From Asterionella formosa (Eukaryota), in contig NKIB01000289.1 in the NCBI GenBank assembly GCA_002256025.1, forward strand, positions 1 through 33,831: DNA of 33,831 nucleotides, read 5' to 3'. The notes below the pieces were generated by a model. It saw only the letters and a list, made by a program, of their open reading frames with translations. It searched no databases and had not been told where the DNA came from. The first letter of the stretch is position 1. Each line of letters opens with the position of its first letter. Below are positions 1 through 11,202 of this stretch, in pieces. The position numbers were made by a program, and so were the translations under genes.

Positions 1-1827
1 GATGGTGTCATCGTCCAATATTAGCGTGCGTGCTGCGGATGATTGCTGACGTGTGCCTGCACGAGTAGGAGTAGGTGAGGTCACAAAGCCTGTAGATGGC
101 CTATTCATTTCTCGATCGAGCTTTGTTGATTTCGTAGCATTATTCGTACGAGGCTCATTCGTATTCATACCACCTGCGACGGAATCTGCAAAGCTCACTC
201 CCTTGGGAGTACTGGGATCATCTTGTTTTGTTGGTAGCAGTGTAGTAGAACATTGCTCGTCAGGAGGCATTGCGTTGGTAGGTTTAGTAGGAATGTCGAA
301 TTCCTCATCTATACCGGATCCGTCTGTGGTGAATTTGTCCATGTCCGCTGTGGGTTTGGCATTTCCATGCCAGTCGGCCCATTTAAGGTCTCTTGTGTTA
401 AAGACCTTTTTCGTTGTAAAGTTGTACATGCGGTAGGTATCACTGGCGTGGTCATGGCTGTATCCAAGCATGACACATTTGACACTTTTTGGGGTCAGTT
501 TCTGCCTTGGCGTCCGAATCGTGGCCCACCCCACCCTGCCAAACTGAATCTGGTGAGGATAAATCTTAGGCTGAAAGCCGTAGAAAAGCCAATCGGGGCA
601 TTTTCCCGTATTCGAGTTAGCGACAGAGTTCGTTAGTCGCGTGTGCATGTGGACACTCTCGGCCCACAGTAGCCCCTGGTATTTGTCTGACAATTTTGTG
701 TTGAACATGGAGGCACATGCTCGGTCTCGTATCGTCACAAATTATCGTTCCACGACTCCGTTCTGTTGAGGAGTATGGGGGGCAGTATACTCAATCTGAA
801 TACCCTGCGTGGTGCAGACGATACTTAGACTGGTCATGTTTTCACCGGCGTTGTCGCAGCATAGGAAGCGTACGACATACCCCGCTGACTTGAGTGTAGT
901 CAATAGGGCATCCGCGATGCTTGCCAAAAGACTCTTCCTGTTAACAAAATAACTCCATGCCTTGCCTGTGTACTGATCCACAAATAGAATCCAGTAGTTG
1001 CTTCAATTAGAGATTTCTTGTTGGGACCTGAAATGTCTACGTACAATCGTTCAGCAGGAGTAGTTGCCTTGAGGGTCGTGACTTTAGGTACCGCTTTGGC
1101 CTTTGCCTTAGCTAGTGCGCAGCCTTCACATGACTGAATCTTGCCGGTAGGTTCAATACCGAGGGACTTTAGCGTTTCGCAAAGGGATGCCTTGCTGATG
1201 TGGCCGTATTTGTCGTGGGCCTCGTTGATGTCAATTTGCGTTGGTTTCTTGGTAGTTTTTGCCGTAGGAAGTTGCGTCACTGTCTTGGTATTCATTGGAG
1301 TAGGATCAGGTGTACGGTTTGTTGTCGAGTCGTGGATAGACAAGACCGTTTCGGATTTTAGGGTACGTTTTCCCCTTAAGTAGTAAAGGACGCCTTGATC
1401 CTCACAAGAAAAGGTTAGCTTGTTGTCATACCCTTCCTTATGTAGACTCAACTCAGACCCCTTCATGCGTGCCTCGCACCCTCCGTTCTTGACAAATTGC
1501 CCGATGCTGACGATATTCTTGTGGAAGTGTGGAGTGTAGAGTACCTTGCGTAGTAACATGGAGCACGTCTTGTTGGTAATTAAAATGTCACCTCGTTTCG
1601 TGCATACCACCTCTTTACTGTCACCGACAACGACCGAGACGTTGACATTTTCGACGTTTGTCATGTATTCGTCAATCATAGTGATGTGCGTGGTAGCCCC
1701 AGTGTCCGCGAGCCAGCGCTCCGTTCCGTTGCTTGATGCGCAGTATTGGTCTTTGTACCACTCCTCTTCCATTGTAGGGACAAAACACACGCGTAGGAGT
1801 TCTTCAGTACGGTAGGAGTCTCGGCAT
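1..1827 (-). pseudogene. pol: Copia pol: aspartic protease, GAG-pre-integrase HHCC, integrase core and SH3-like region; disrupted
   Basis: Motifs WLADTGATTH, HDKYGH...CEGC, YVDISGP, CDNAGE, TPQQNGVVER, LWAE and KCVMLGYS...YRMYN. Lesions: frame change at about 1785-1827, a 1-nt loss near 1004 (ATT G-A AGC AAC TAC TGG) and an in-frame TAA at 742-744, after which the frame continues (FVTIRDRACASMF...). Confidence 0.92.
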
Positions 1828-2791
1828 CATTCTGCGTCACGTCCATGGTACCGGGGATATTGTCCGTCGCCTCCATACCAGTAATCTCCTCGCACATTCC
1901 GACGTACATGCCGGTTTCTTTTTTCTTCTCGCCGCATGGTGCACGTTTTGGTTCCGGGCAGTCTCTTGCAATATGCCCGACATATTTATTGCAATTATAG
2001 CACTTTATCTCATTTTTTTCGTTCGTACCGTTTGCATTCGTTCCGCTTGTGTTCGTTTTCGATCGGCACACGTCGGCCTTGTGCCCTTGTTTGCCGCAAT
2101 TCTTGCAGATACCTTTGTATTTCTGCGTGAATAGGGCAATCTCCTTTGTGCTCTTCGTGCCCTTTAGCTTTCGTTTGTAGAATGCTCGGATCTTTCCTTT
2201 CAATTCGTTGAGGCTGATTGTTGTCATGCCCTCGACGACTGTAACAACCTCGCTGTACTCCACTGGAAGCTTGTCGATTACGTTCGCAATCACTTCCATT
2301 TCTTTCTTCTCAAATGACGGGTCGATCGCCATCATCTTGCTTTGTATTAGATCGAGCTCAATGAACCATTCGTCTGGATCAGAGGAGCTATCGTTCAGCT
2401 TGCATTTGTTGAAATCGCTTGCCAGCTGGATCAGGTCCGACACAGAATGGGGGGCATACCTCGCTTCGAGGTTCTTCCACGCCATATATGCATCGCCATC
2501 GATCAACGTTTTCGTTTTGGCTTGGTTTACAAGTCCGAAGGCGATTCCGGTGCAGCTCATGATGAGCAACTGGTACGCCTTGTCGTTGGCCTCGTAGATT
2601 GCCCTGACTCCTTTGTCTGTTTCCAATTCGTACTCTTCGTCAGAACACGGGTTGTGGTTCTTGGAGTACATCGTTCGGAATCCTCTTGCCTTCGCCAGAG
2701 CAAGCGTTTTAACGCTCCACTGGTACCAGTTCGTTTCGTTGCCATCAAACTTGATGAGCCTCATGCTCTCTTCAGACATTTCTGTAGACAT
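1676..2791 (-). CDS. gag: Copia Gag with two CCHC zinc knuckles; the last ~40 codons are probably out-of-frame read-through past a frameshift
   Basis: N-terminal FDG.ETNWYQW motif typical of Copia gag; knuckles CKNCGKQGHKADVC and CYNCNKYVGHIARDC. Confidence 0.9.
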   Translation of the reverse strand: MSTEMSEESMRLIKFDGNETNWYQWSVKTLALAKARGFRTMYSKNHNPCSDEEYELETDKGVRAIYEANDKAYQLLIMSCTGIAFGLVNQAKTKTLIDGDAYMAWKNLEARYAPHSVSDLIQLASDFNKCKLNDSSSDPDEWFIELDLIQSKMMAIDPSFEKKEMEVIANVIDKLPVEYSEVVTVVEGMTTISLNELKGKIRAFYKRKLKGTKSTKEIALFTQKYKGICKNCGKQGHKADVCRSKTNTSGTNANGTNEKNEIKCYNCNKYVGHIARDCPEPKRAPCGEKKKETGMYVGMCEEITGMEATDNIPGTMDVTQNDAETPTVLKNSYACVLSLQWKRSGTKTNTAHQATERSAGSRTLGLPRTSL

Positions 2792-2819
2792 ATTAAACGC
2801 TTAAGTCTGTTTATAAACG

Positions 2820-3244
2820 TGTTAAAGTATTACCTTTTTGATAGATCTATATTGTTAGACAAAGAAGACTATAGATAGAGACGTTCGTTTCTCTTTCCTT
2901 TTCTATATTCTTATTGTAAGTTTACTAATCTAGTTTAGGTTGTTCTGTTTGCTTGAACAAAACAAACGAACTATTCTCCAAATGCTGTTTGCATTTCTAG
3001 AAACATACAATCATAGATGGACCCATGTCTATCTCACACTTACTGATCATAGGTTTTTAACCATGATCATTCATTTCAAACTATCGGTCTTCCGAAATAG
3101 CTTATATTGTCCGGCTCATTATAGTCGGAGTAACAAGTTATAATATGTGGTTGATGAGAGCTTGGTACATCAAAGTGGACTCATTCGAATCGTTTGACTC
3201 GTTTGACTCCGAGTCCTAACTACGCAGATGAGCTCACTTTTACA
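2820..3244 (-). repeat. 5' LTR (425 bp) of the Copia element
   Basis: Plus strand reads TGTTAAAG...CTCACTTTTACA. It is colinear end to end with 11911-12365 (shared blocks ctccaaatgctgtttgcattt, gacccatgtctatctcaca, tgtggttgatgagagcttggtacatcaaa), and similarity stops at the TG/CA ends. Confidence 0.9.
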
Positions 3245-3339
3245 CATAAATAGAGGGTACTGCTTTTTTCAGCAGTGGTGCAGGGTCCGCTTGACGAAAA
3301 TAGTGTGTGTACTTTCGATGATAAAATCGAGAAATGGTG

Positions 3340-3450
3340 GTCCATTATACTTTTGGCACAACTTAGTCTGAAACTGCGCCATGAGTTATTCCAGGGAATT
3401 TGTGATTACTTTTTTGACTAAATATCTAGCAAATAAGTAATTATTTATCT
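3340..3450 (+). repeat. Fragment of an old dispersed repeat, similar to 25464-25578
   Basis: Shared blocks in the same order: gtccatta.actttt.gca, atgagtt, gattact, ttttgactaaat..tagcaaat. Confidence 0.5.
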
Positions 3451-4338
3451 AATTTCCCATGTTAGCTTGGAATGTCTATCTCTGTCTATATTTCACGATC
3501 ACAGATTTATAATCAATGGACACAATGCCTGAATATGAAGACAAACTTAAACATGAAATATATACACACACAAGCAAACAATATATTTCCATACTTATAT
3601 AGCGACAATTACAAGCACACCAGGACGAAGTATGACTGAAATTGCTCCTATTTTACTTTTCATAGAATGGGTCTAATGCAATTGTTGAAAATTCGCGTTG
3701 CCCAAACAGGTTGCTGCGGTTGTAATGGTGCATCAACTTTGTTCATGCGCCGAAAATTGAGGAAACAAGAGCAATTATAAAATTGAGCGCTATCATTGGA
3801 AAATTGTTGTCGATTGCTTTACGTACCCAAAAGGAATCAATTTTACGAATTACAAATATACATACTTTTTAGTGCTCCTAAGACATGAGTATTTATGTAC
3901 TTTTTAACTGTATAATTGCCAAGTAGATGCCAGTATGTTCCTACACATTCAAATTAGGTATATATATATCTAACTGTGTATACATATGCACATCAATGAT
4001 CTCAGTTTGTTTCAGGCACTCCAGAGCGGCTTATGGTATTCAGTGGAGGAGGCCAACCACAATACAGAGACTCTGAAGTGTGTATTCATCCATGAACATT
4101 TTTGTTTTTCTTTCAAAAATGGTAGGATTAATCTCTTCATGGCTGCGTAAATCTTTGTTGACTTCACCTTGATCTATGCATCTATTTATAGTTTAATGAT
4201 GGGCAATATCGGACCTTTGGCAATTTTCGAGGTGAAGATAGGAAATTAGGAAATATATTTTCTATGATGGGCTATAGCGAGCTAAAATTGACATTTACAC
4301 TTGATGAGTGGGCAGTAGGTATGCGAATGGTGCAACGA

Positions 4339-4566
4339 TAGCTAGTTTGTGAATTGCCTCAGCAATACCCTTCTCAGTGGCTACATGCCTTCTAGTACAA
4401 ATGTGTACTTGGCTGGGATGGCACTTTTAGGGTGATCTTCTTGCAGTGCCAGGGGTGCCACTTGTACAGTCAACCTACTCATGCCACCCAGCCTTGAACA
4501 CATGTATACTTGCAGGCATGAGACCACCTTGGACGTGTATTGCCTTCAGCAGTTGGTGGTCTGCTA
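4339..4566 (+). other. Long imperfect inverted repeat / rod-like hairpin
   Basis: Arms 4362-4423 and 4482-4543 pair in blocks (gcaatac/gtattgc, gtgg/ccac, catgcct/aggcatg, agta/tact, atgtgt/acacat, ggctggg/cccagcc, tggca/tgcca). Pairing continues inward to a GGGG loop and outward. Confidence 0.8.
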
Positions 4567-4978
4567 CAAATCCATAGATTGCTTCAACATACATAAATAT
4601 ATATTGTCATACATATTTCCACCATACTGTGCCTGTTCACAATTGAATGACAATACCAGAGGTACATTCCAATATTTCTCCACTAACTACCTTTGTGTTT
4701 CAATATTAAATCTATGTCAAATATACTAAATTCTTGTGTCCGTATTATGTATTGCAGTTCGAATACATAGATGAAAGAAACAAAAAAGAAATCGAAATTG
4801 CTCTTGGATGCAGAACAATCTCTGTTTCTTTTGTCACGGCTAAGGGTACACATGGCAAGAGTCTTGCAAGTAAACTGGACTACATTCGCACAGTAGATGA
4901 GAATGTGAACACCATAACTTGAGAGTAAACCATTGATCCCAAAGAAGTCACGTCACAAGACAATTACTCATTCCCTTA

Positions 4979-5578
4979 TCAATTTTTTCTGGCACTCCAC
5001 TTTTGGCGTTTCTTCATTGACTTCTTCTTTCCTTTATAAAAATCCACGTAATTACATCGACCAGTGACACATTGATTTGGTTTTGGTTGTTCAATATCAA
5101 TGGTCCAATAACAATCTTTAATCTTTCCACATTTATATTGTCCACTCCAATGATCTGAATATCTTATAACACCGACAGTTCCATCCTTCCAATACAAACT
5201 ACCGCCCTTGGATGTATAGTCTGGTGCATGCGAAGGTTTGGAACAGGCAGTAAAATTCGCCACTGTTTGAATCCAAAAATTATCAAAATTAACCGCTACT
5301 ACGGGTTCATTGTCTTGGTATCGTTGTTGCTGCTGTTGGTAAGTCATGATATCAATGACTGAAGCAAATGATCGTCGTCCCATGAAACATGGTGGTGATA
5401 CTAGAATACGCTTCTGTACTCGTTGATTATTGAATGCAGTGGAAAAGGCAAATGTGTCCTGGCGTTGAAATCGAAATAGCAGGCACATGAAGAATAGTGC
5501 CATGCCAAAAGACGTCGTTGTATATCGTAACTTTCTTTGTTTCAGTTGATACTGTGTCATCATGTAGCCATACAACAA
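4979..5578 (-). CDS. Hypothetical protein, probable host gene with putative signal peptide + plastid transit peptide (true start may be the downstream Met of MALFFMCLL)
   Basis: Intact 199-aa ORF: hydrophobic stretch then TFAFSTAF, an Arg/Gln-rich linker, a compact W/Y/C-rich domain (PDYTSKGGSLYW...VIRYSDHW...IKDCYW) and a basic tail. Confidence 0.7.
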   Translation of the reverse strand: MLYGYMMTQYQLKQRKLRYTTTSFGMALFFMCLLFRFQRQDTFAFSTAFNNQRVQKRILVSPPCFMGRRSFASVIDIMTYQQQQQRYQDNEPVVAVNFDNFWIQTVANFTACSKPSHAPDYTSKGGSLYWKDGTVGVIRYSDHWSGQYKCGKIKDCYWTIDIEQPKPNQCVTGRCNYVDFYKGKKKSMKKRQKWSARKN

Positions 5579-6726
5579 AATTCTGAACTTCTGTTTTCAC
5601 TTCAGTCAACGGCCAATGACGATGAATGGACCTTCAAAAAAACAGTTTCGCTTTACAGGAATGGTTCCCCAAATACTATTTTACTCTCAATCGCAATGGT
5701 CACCTTCTCCGAAGAATTCACAGAGTGATGAATATGTATATGCCGGCATGTATATTTGCCATGACACTAAGAATGAAAATGCATTGACATAACTATAAGC
5801 GATTCATCTAAACAAAAAGCAAATCCGACGAAAACGAAGTAAACAAACAACAATCATACCAGTACACGCACATACCGCCGGGTATTCATACATGTATTGC
5901 ATACTATACAGGTAAAGAGTACTCCAACTCCGTATTCGTAGACCCATGTAGTTGCAATACACTATATTGGCTGTCAGACGTAGTACGTGGTGCGTAAATC
6001 TTCTCGTATGAATGCCGATATACCGCTATGTTTAGTATTATAGACAAGGGAAACAGGGGGATGTGCACGAAGCACGTATTGAAACCAAGGGAACGACAAA
6101 CAAACTAGGAGCAAGCGAAATTTGATGTAGAGGCCGAGTTAGCAACCACGGGAGCTAATTCTGTCTAGCCAAAAAATTTGAAGATGAGGTTCGATGGCTA
6201 GTGAATGACAGTAAACCATGCAAGAGGTCATGGAAGAGTCAATCAGCCAATGAACAACCATGTAAGGGTTTCAAGGCAGAAAGCTCACATTTCTTCCAAT
6301 CAGCTTTCAGCAAAGCAACATCGTTGAATCCAAGCCGTGCAAAATTTATAGTCAATATATAAAATTCACCCTCCCTACATCACACCCAGGGCTGAAGTGC
6401 AAACTCGACTGCAGCTACGGGGACCCGGAGGGGGAAATGAATCATACCACATAGAACCGATATCAAAAACCCAAACTACGCGTCTAAAGATTAACTATCG
6501 AGGAGAAGCAAGAGAAATATTTGCAGGAAAAGGCAGTCGAACAAGTCGGTAATTGAGTCGAACTAACTAAGTTTATCATATGCTGTTTACCAGTCCTCGG
6601 AGTACCAGGTCCTTTCTTAATTTTTCCCGGTCTCTATGCAGTATATGCACTGTATTAGTGAACCCCTTATTTGGTTATGGTGAATATTAAAATTGACGAT
6701 CACTGATTGGCTGCCCTCCACCCTAT

Positions 6727-8251
6727 GCGATGGTAGTAGAAATAAATGCTCTAATGGCAAAAGATACTTGGACTATTATACCACGAGCATCCATTCCGAA
6801 CAAAACTGTCCTACCGGGAACATGGGCGTTCAAGAGGAAGAGATTTCCTGATGGTCGTTCGTCTTCGAAAATTCAAAGCACGCTTCTGTGTCTGTGGTGA
6901 CAAACAAGTTGAAGGTGTTGATTATTTCGAGACATATGCACCAGTAGTGCAATGGTCCACGGTGCGATGCTTACTGGTTATGTCAATTGTGTTAGGACTT
7001 GAGACACAACAAATTGACTATAGTAATGCATTTTGTCAAGCAGAGATTGAAGAAGAAGTGTACGTGGAGTTACCGAAAGATTTCGACGACAAGCAAGGGC
7101 GCGACATGGTCCTAAAGCTAAATAAATCGCTTTATGGTACAAAACAAGCTCCACGGGCATGGTTCCTTAAACTTAAGGAAAGCCTAGAGGAACGTGGGTT
7201 TCAGCAGTCTAAGCTGGATCCATGTTTCTTCATGCACAAAGATATGGTGTACCTGAACTATGTAGATGATGGTATACTGATTGGGAAAGATGGTGCTAAG
7301 ATTGAGTCAGTGATTGACAATCTTGGTACTACATTAGAGTTAACAAGAGAAGGAGACCTTTCAGCCTTTCTAGGTATTCAAATTGATAAAAATGAGAATT
7401 GTTCTCTAAAACTAACTCAGGAAGGATTAATAATGAGAGTACTAGAGGCTAACAAGGTGCAAGACTGCAGGCGTACAACAACTCCAGCAATTAAGGAAAC
7501 TTTAGGTGCTGATGTCAATGCTGAACCTGCAGAAGAACAATGGAACTACAGGTCAATTGTAGGCATGTTATTGTACTTGGCTTCTAATTCTCGACCGGAC
7601 ATAGCATTTGCAGTTCATCAGTGTGCGCGATTTTCACATTGTCCAAAAGTACCACATGAAGGGGCAATTAAGAAAATTTGTCGGTATCTAAAAGGAACAG
7701 CAACCGAAGGGATCGTATTTACACCATCCAAGGAATTTGCAATTGATTGTTATGTGGATTCAGACTTTGCAGGATTATATGGTATTGAAGATTCACATGA
7801 TCCAGTTTGTGATAAGTCAAGGACAGGGTACATCATAACGTTAGCTGGATGTCCTCTACTATGGGTATCCAAACTACAGACCACTATAGCCCTATCTACT
7901 ATGGAAGCTGAGTACCAGGCCTTGTCAGCAAGTTGTCAGGATTTTATTCCATTAAGACAAATTTTCAAGGAGGCATCTGAAGCTCTAGAGATTACTGAGC
8001 GGTTCATAGTACGGTCACATTCAAAGATATACGAAGACAATAGTGCATGTTTGTCTCAAGCAACGATGCCGAAAATGACGCCGCGTACAAATCATATTGC
8101 AGTGGCATATCATTGGTTTAGAGAGTACGTGTCATCAGGTGATATTGAAATCTTAAAGATTGAAACTACGAAACAACTTGGGGACATTTTCACAAAGGGT
8201 TTAGTAACAGAGAAATTTACAGCAATACGCAAGTTACTATGTTGATGGTAG
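6727..8251 (+). pseudogene. pol: Copia reverse transcriptase + RNase H (CoDi-like), 5'-truncated
   Basis: Motifs AMVVEINAL...TW, GTWAFKRKRFPDG, FKARF, ETYAPVV, QIDYSNAF, KSLYG, YVDD, SRPDI, YVDSDFAG, STMEAEY, YEDNSAC and QLGDIFTK. A 4-bp TCGT duplication near 6859 shifts the frame. TGA at 8243-8245 probably replaces the Gly of a terminal LCGW*. Confidence 0.95.
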
Positions 8252-8266
8252 CAACATGCTTTTGCT

Positions 8267-8275
8267 GAGAGGGAG
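8267..8275 (+). promoter_or_regulatory. Polypurine tract GAGAGGGAG
   Basis: Purine run 15 nt after the end of pol, directly abutting the LTR. Confidence 0.8.
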
Positions 8276-8934
8276 AGTTGAAACACATAGAGATTCCTGA
8301 TTCCTGATCAGGTTATGAGTGTCAATATATTTTCGCCTCTAGTGACCTGATTAGGAACATGTACCACAATCCACTAGATGATTGATTCAAGATCACATGG
8401 TTGAATATCGCGTGTAAAATGCCACAGTTGAGAGAGGAACTTTCAGGAGAAGTTCTCTCTAACCTGTTAATTGGACTCTAGAAGACGATCAGACCTAGAG
8501 GCCAAATCAATAAATGATTGACTAGACAATTACAGATATGTCCGCAAAATCAAGGAACATTAAAGAAGCAAACTAGATATGATCTAGTTATGATTAACAG
8601 GATCATTCTGTAAGCAGTCTTCGATCAAACAGCATCTGGCCTAAGTTGAGACAGGCCAAGATTAAGACAAAAGTGTACTTAGGAAGAGGAAGTAGTTTAT
8701 TCTCAGTTCAAGTTGGGAACACAAATGAACCTCGCCTCCGAAGATCACCACTATTTTGAAACATGCATGAGCTTGGAAGTTTCAAAATTATACATTCAAT
8801 TTACATTTACATTAAGCTCACTCTTTTATAAAAACAATTATTAGCAAACAAAGTAAAACAAACAAATTGTGTAGAAACATTTTTCTAGCAAATTTTACTG
8901 TGTGAGAGCTACAGATACGCATCATCTACCAACT
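8276..8934 (+). repeat. 3' LTR (~659 bp) with apparent AGTTG...CAACT termini
   Basis: Follows the PPT. Its distal half is repeated inverted at 33525-33831, and homology ends just after CAACT, the reverse complement of the AGTTG start. Confidence 0.75.
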
Positions 8935-9026
8935 TATGTCCATTTTAAATAAGAAATCATAGGAAATATATATCTTATGTTTGAAATACAGGTATATGTA
9001 TGATGCCAATTTATTCATGGCTTTGA

Positions 9027-9184
9027 TCATCACAGTTCTATGATCAATGCATCATAGCTATGTGATGTACTTTATTCATTATTATGTATCATACTTTGGT
9101 GATGTATGCATCGCTGTAACCCTATCATGATATCACATTATCATCTTATCAATCATGATGAGATGATTGGGAAGCAACTGTATT
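9027..9184 (+). repeat. ATC/GAT-rich dispersed repeat, copy 1 (copy 2 at 18981-19135)
   Basis: Near-identical text atcatcacagttc.atgatcaatgcatcatagct...gtatcatactttggtgatgtatgcatcg...gatatcacattatcatctt. Confidence 0.9.
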
Positions 9185-9263
9185 ATGCATCGTGCTACGG
9201 GGTATATTATTACATCACGCAATTTAGTAGCTAACAAGTCACTCCGCCTGTAATGTACAAAAG

Positions 9264-9712
9264 TCGACAGTGCACATACTCACACGCTAATCAGGTTTGA
9301 GGAAACGGACAGTGGTTCCAACGAGCGAATAATGATACCACGAGTACCAATTTTTCCAGCAAAAGAACTTGTCTCTCTATTGATGAGGATGAAACGGACA
9401 CCGACTTTTCCAGGAGCAAACAACAATGAAGAAACCCACTTGTCGCTCTATTGATGTTAACAAAGATGCGAACAAGTTCAACAGTGAATACAAGAACAAC
9501 ATACCAATGAAACCAATTCGACAGTGTGTGTACGCACACGATAAGCAGGTTTGAGGCAACGGACAGTTCCAACAAGCAAATGACGATACGGATAGTATCA
9601 AATATTTCCTACGAGCAAACAACAATGAAAAGAGCCACTTGCTTTCGCTCTCTTGATGGTATCAAAGATGCGGACAAGTTCAACAGTTAATTCAAGTACA
9701 GTATGCCAAATG
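9264..9712 (+). repeat. Diverged tandem duplication (units start at 9264 and 9518; second unit shorter)
   Basis: Duplicated blocks tcgacagtg, caggtttgagg.aacggacagt, gagcaaacaacaatgaa and caaagatgcg.acaagttcaacagt. Confidence 0.85.
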
Positions 9713-10662
9713 CAGAAACGAGCGAGCGATATGAAAATGAAATTGTAATCAGAATCATTCTATAGCTATAGCTATGTGGACAGTAGTCTGTTACGCACAT
9801 TTTCGTATCTCCTTCTATGCTGAATCTCAATAGTAGATGTAGTATCATGTGAGAATTGAAAATGTCAACGAGAACAAGTAGAATGTGTTTGTTTCTGGGT
9901 TGATTGGCGAGATTGTCATGCTGAAGTGGACGAAATGGATATACTTTGTGCGCTGTGTGCGGAAATATTACGAGTTCGAATGGTTTCTTCTTTCCTGTAA
10001 ACTCTTAATTGAATGATTATGAACAAAGGTTCACTGCACATGACGATTACTCGAAGATATAAAGATCACTTGACCAACAAATTGAAGACGTTATCGCAAA
10101 CATTCATTCCGCTATTTCGTTGTTGTTGCAAAAATCGGAGTGATGACGGATGGAAATGACGAGCCAAATTATATTACTTGAACTGGTACATTATCCTACC
10201 AAGAAATTCGAATACAGGAATCAAATAGAAACAATACATATAACAATTAAATGTATGTAGTCAAAAGGGTTACTATTTAAATTACAAAGGCATTTATCAA
10301 AATTATTAGATGATATAACGAAATATTATGATCAGATGATCACAATTCTATGATGCATCATGGAAATATGATAGTTTTTATTTGCAGACGTCCACTACCA
10401 GGTATTTCCAAAATCGACTTTGAATACAAGCAAGGATGCCAAATTTGTAGTGACCAATGTAGGAAGTAGCGGGTTAGGTGCATCATTCCGACTTGGAATT
10501 GTTACATGAGCATCTTTATGGATGGGTATAGCCACAGGGAGGGTGACTGTTTTTGTCAATAATTCAAAAGTGGAAGCTCCTTTTTTACAAGTTCCATGGC
10601 ACTTGGTGAGTTGTGATTGACAAGATATTCAATGTTTTTACCTTCCTTCGTCCCCTTTTGTT

Positions 10663-11202
10663 TTGACATTGGAGGATATTGAAAATGCAACAGTACTTCC
10701 AGAATTAGATGCACGTGACTTGAGAAGGAGCGCCATAATTGATGATGCGTACCAAGGCCGACGTGTGTTGGTAGTAGAGACACGCCTAAATCCTCCTATT
10801 AGGAAATATAGAATTCAAATTCAAGTGAGGAACGCATTATATAAGAATGCCATGGAATTTATTGATTTGATTTCAGAACTGGATCGAAGATCTTTTTTGC
10901 AAGTGGTTACCAAACGCATCAAGGACTTGGATTCATTTGAAGGAGGTGTGCCAAAGGCTGTGCAACTGACTGACAATTTTTCGCATCGTGGGTACTCAAT
11001 GAGAGACGCTCATTTTCCTCATGCATTTTTGATTTATGCCGTTTCCAAACAAGCCCTATCAAATAAACTTGTGGCTGAGGCTCTGTCACCTGATCTGGAT
11101 CTTGACATAAATGTGGGATTGCTGGTGCGAAGATCTGACAAGTGCTATTCTGAACAAACCATTTGTTTTAAACATGAGCTCTACATGGAATTGATGATGT
11201 AG
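10663..11202 (+). CDS. Uncharacterised ORF, possibly an exon or decayed TE-associated gene
   Basis: 179-codon open frame with protein-like composition but no ATG start and no recognised motif. Confidence 0.3.
   Translation: MTLEDIENATVLPELDARDLRRSAIIDDAYQGRRVLVVETRLNPPIRKYRIQIQVRNALYKNAMEFIDLISELDRRSFLQVVTKRIKDLDSFEGGVPKAVQLTDNFSHRGYSMRDAHFPHAFLIYAVSKQALSNKLVAEALSPDLDLDINVGLLVRRSDKCYSEQTICFKHELYMELMM

Larger units (their letters stand above)
1..3244 (-). mobile_element. Ty1/copia LTR retrotransposon, 5' half (LTR-gag-protease-integrase), degenerate; continues beyond left edge
   Basis: Copia domain order gag-PR-GAG_pre-integrase-IN on the minus strand, preceded by a TG...CA LTR whose limits are defined by a homolog at 11911-12365. 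Confidence 0.95.

Noticed and set aside
53..2878. Plus-strand ORFs overlapping the Copia element
   Set aside because: Antisense shadows of gag/pol with no independent motifs.
6029..6700. A-rich segment with TATA-like TATATAAA that might be another LTR
   Set aside because: No second copy, PBS, PPT or TSD found in the window.
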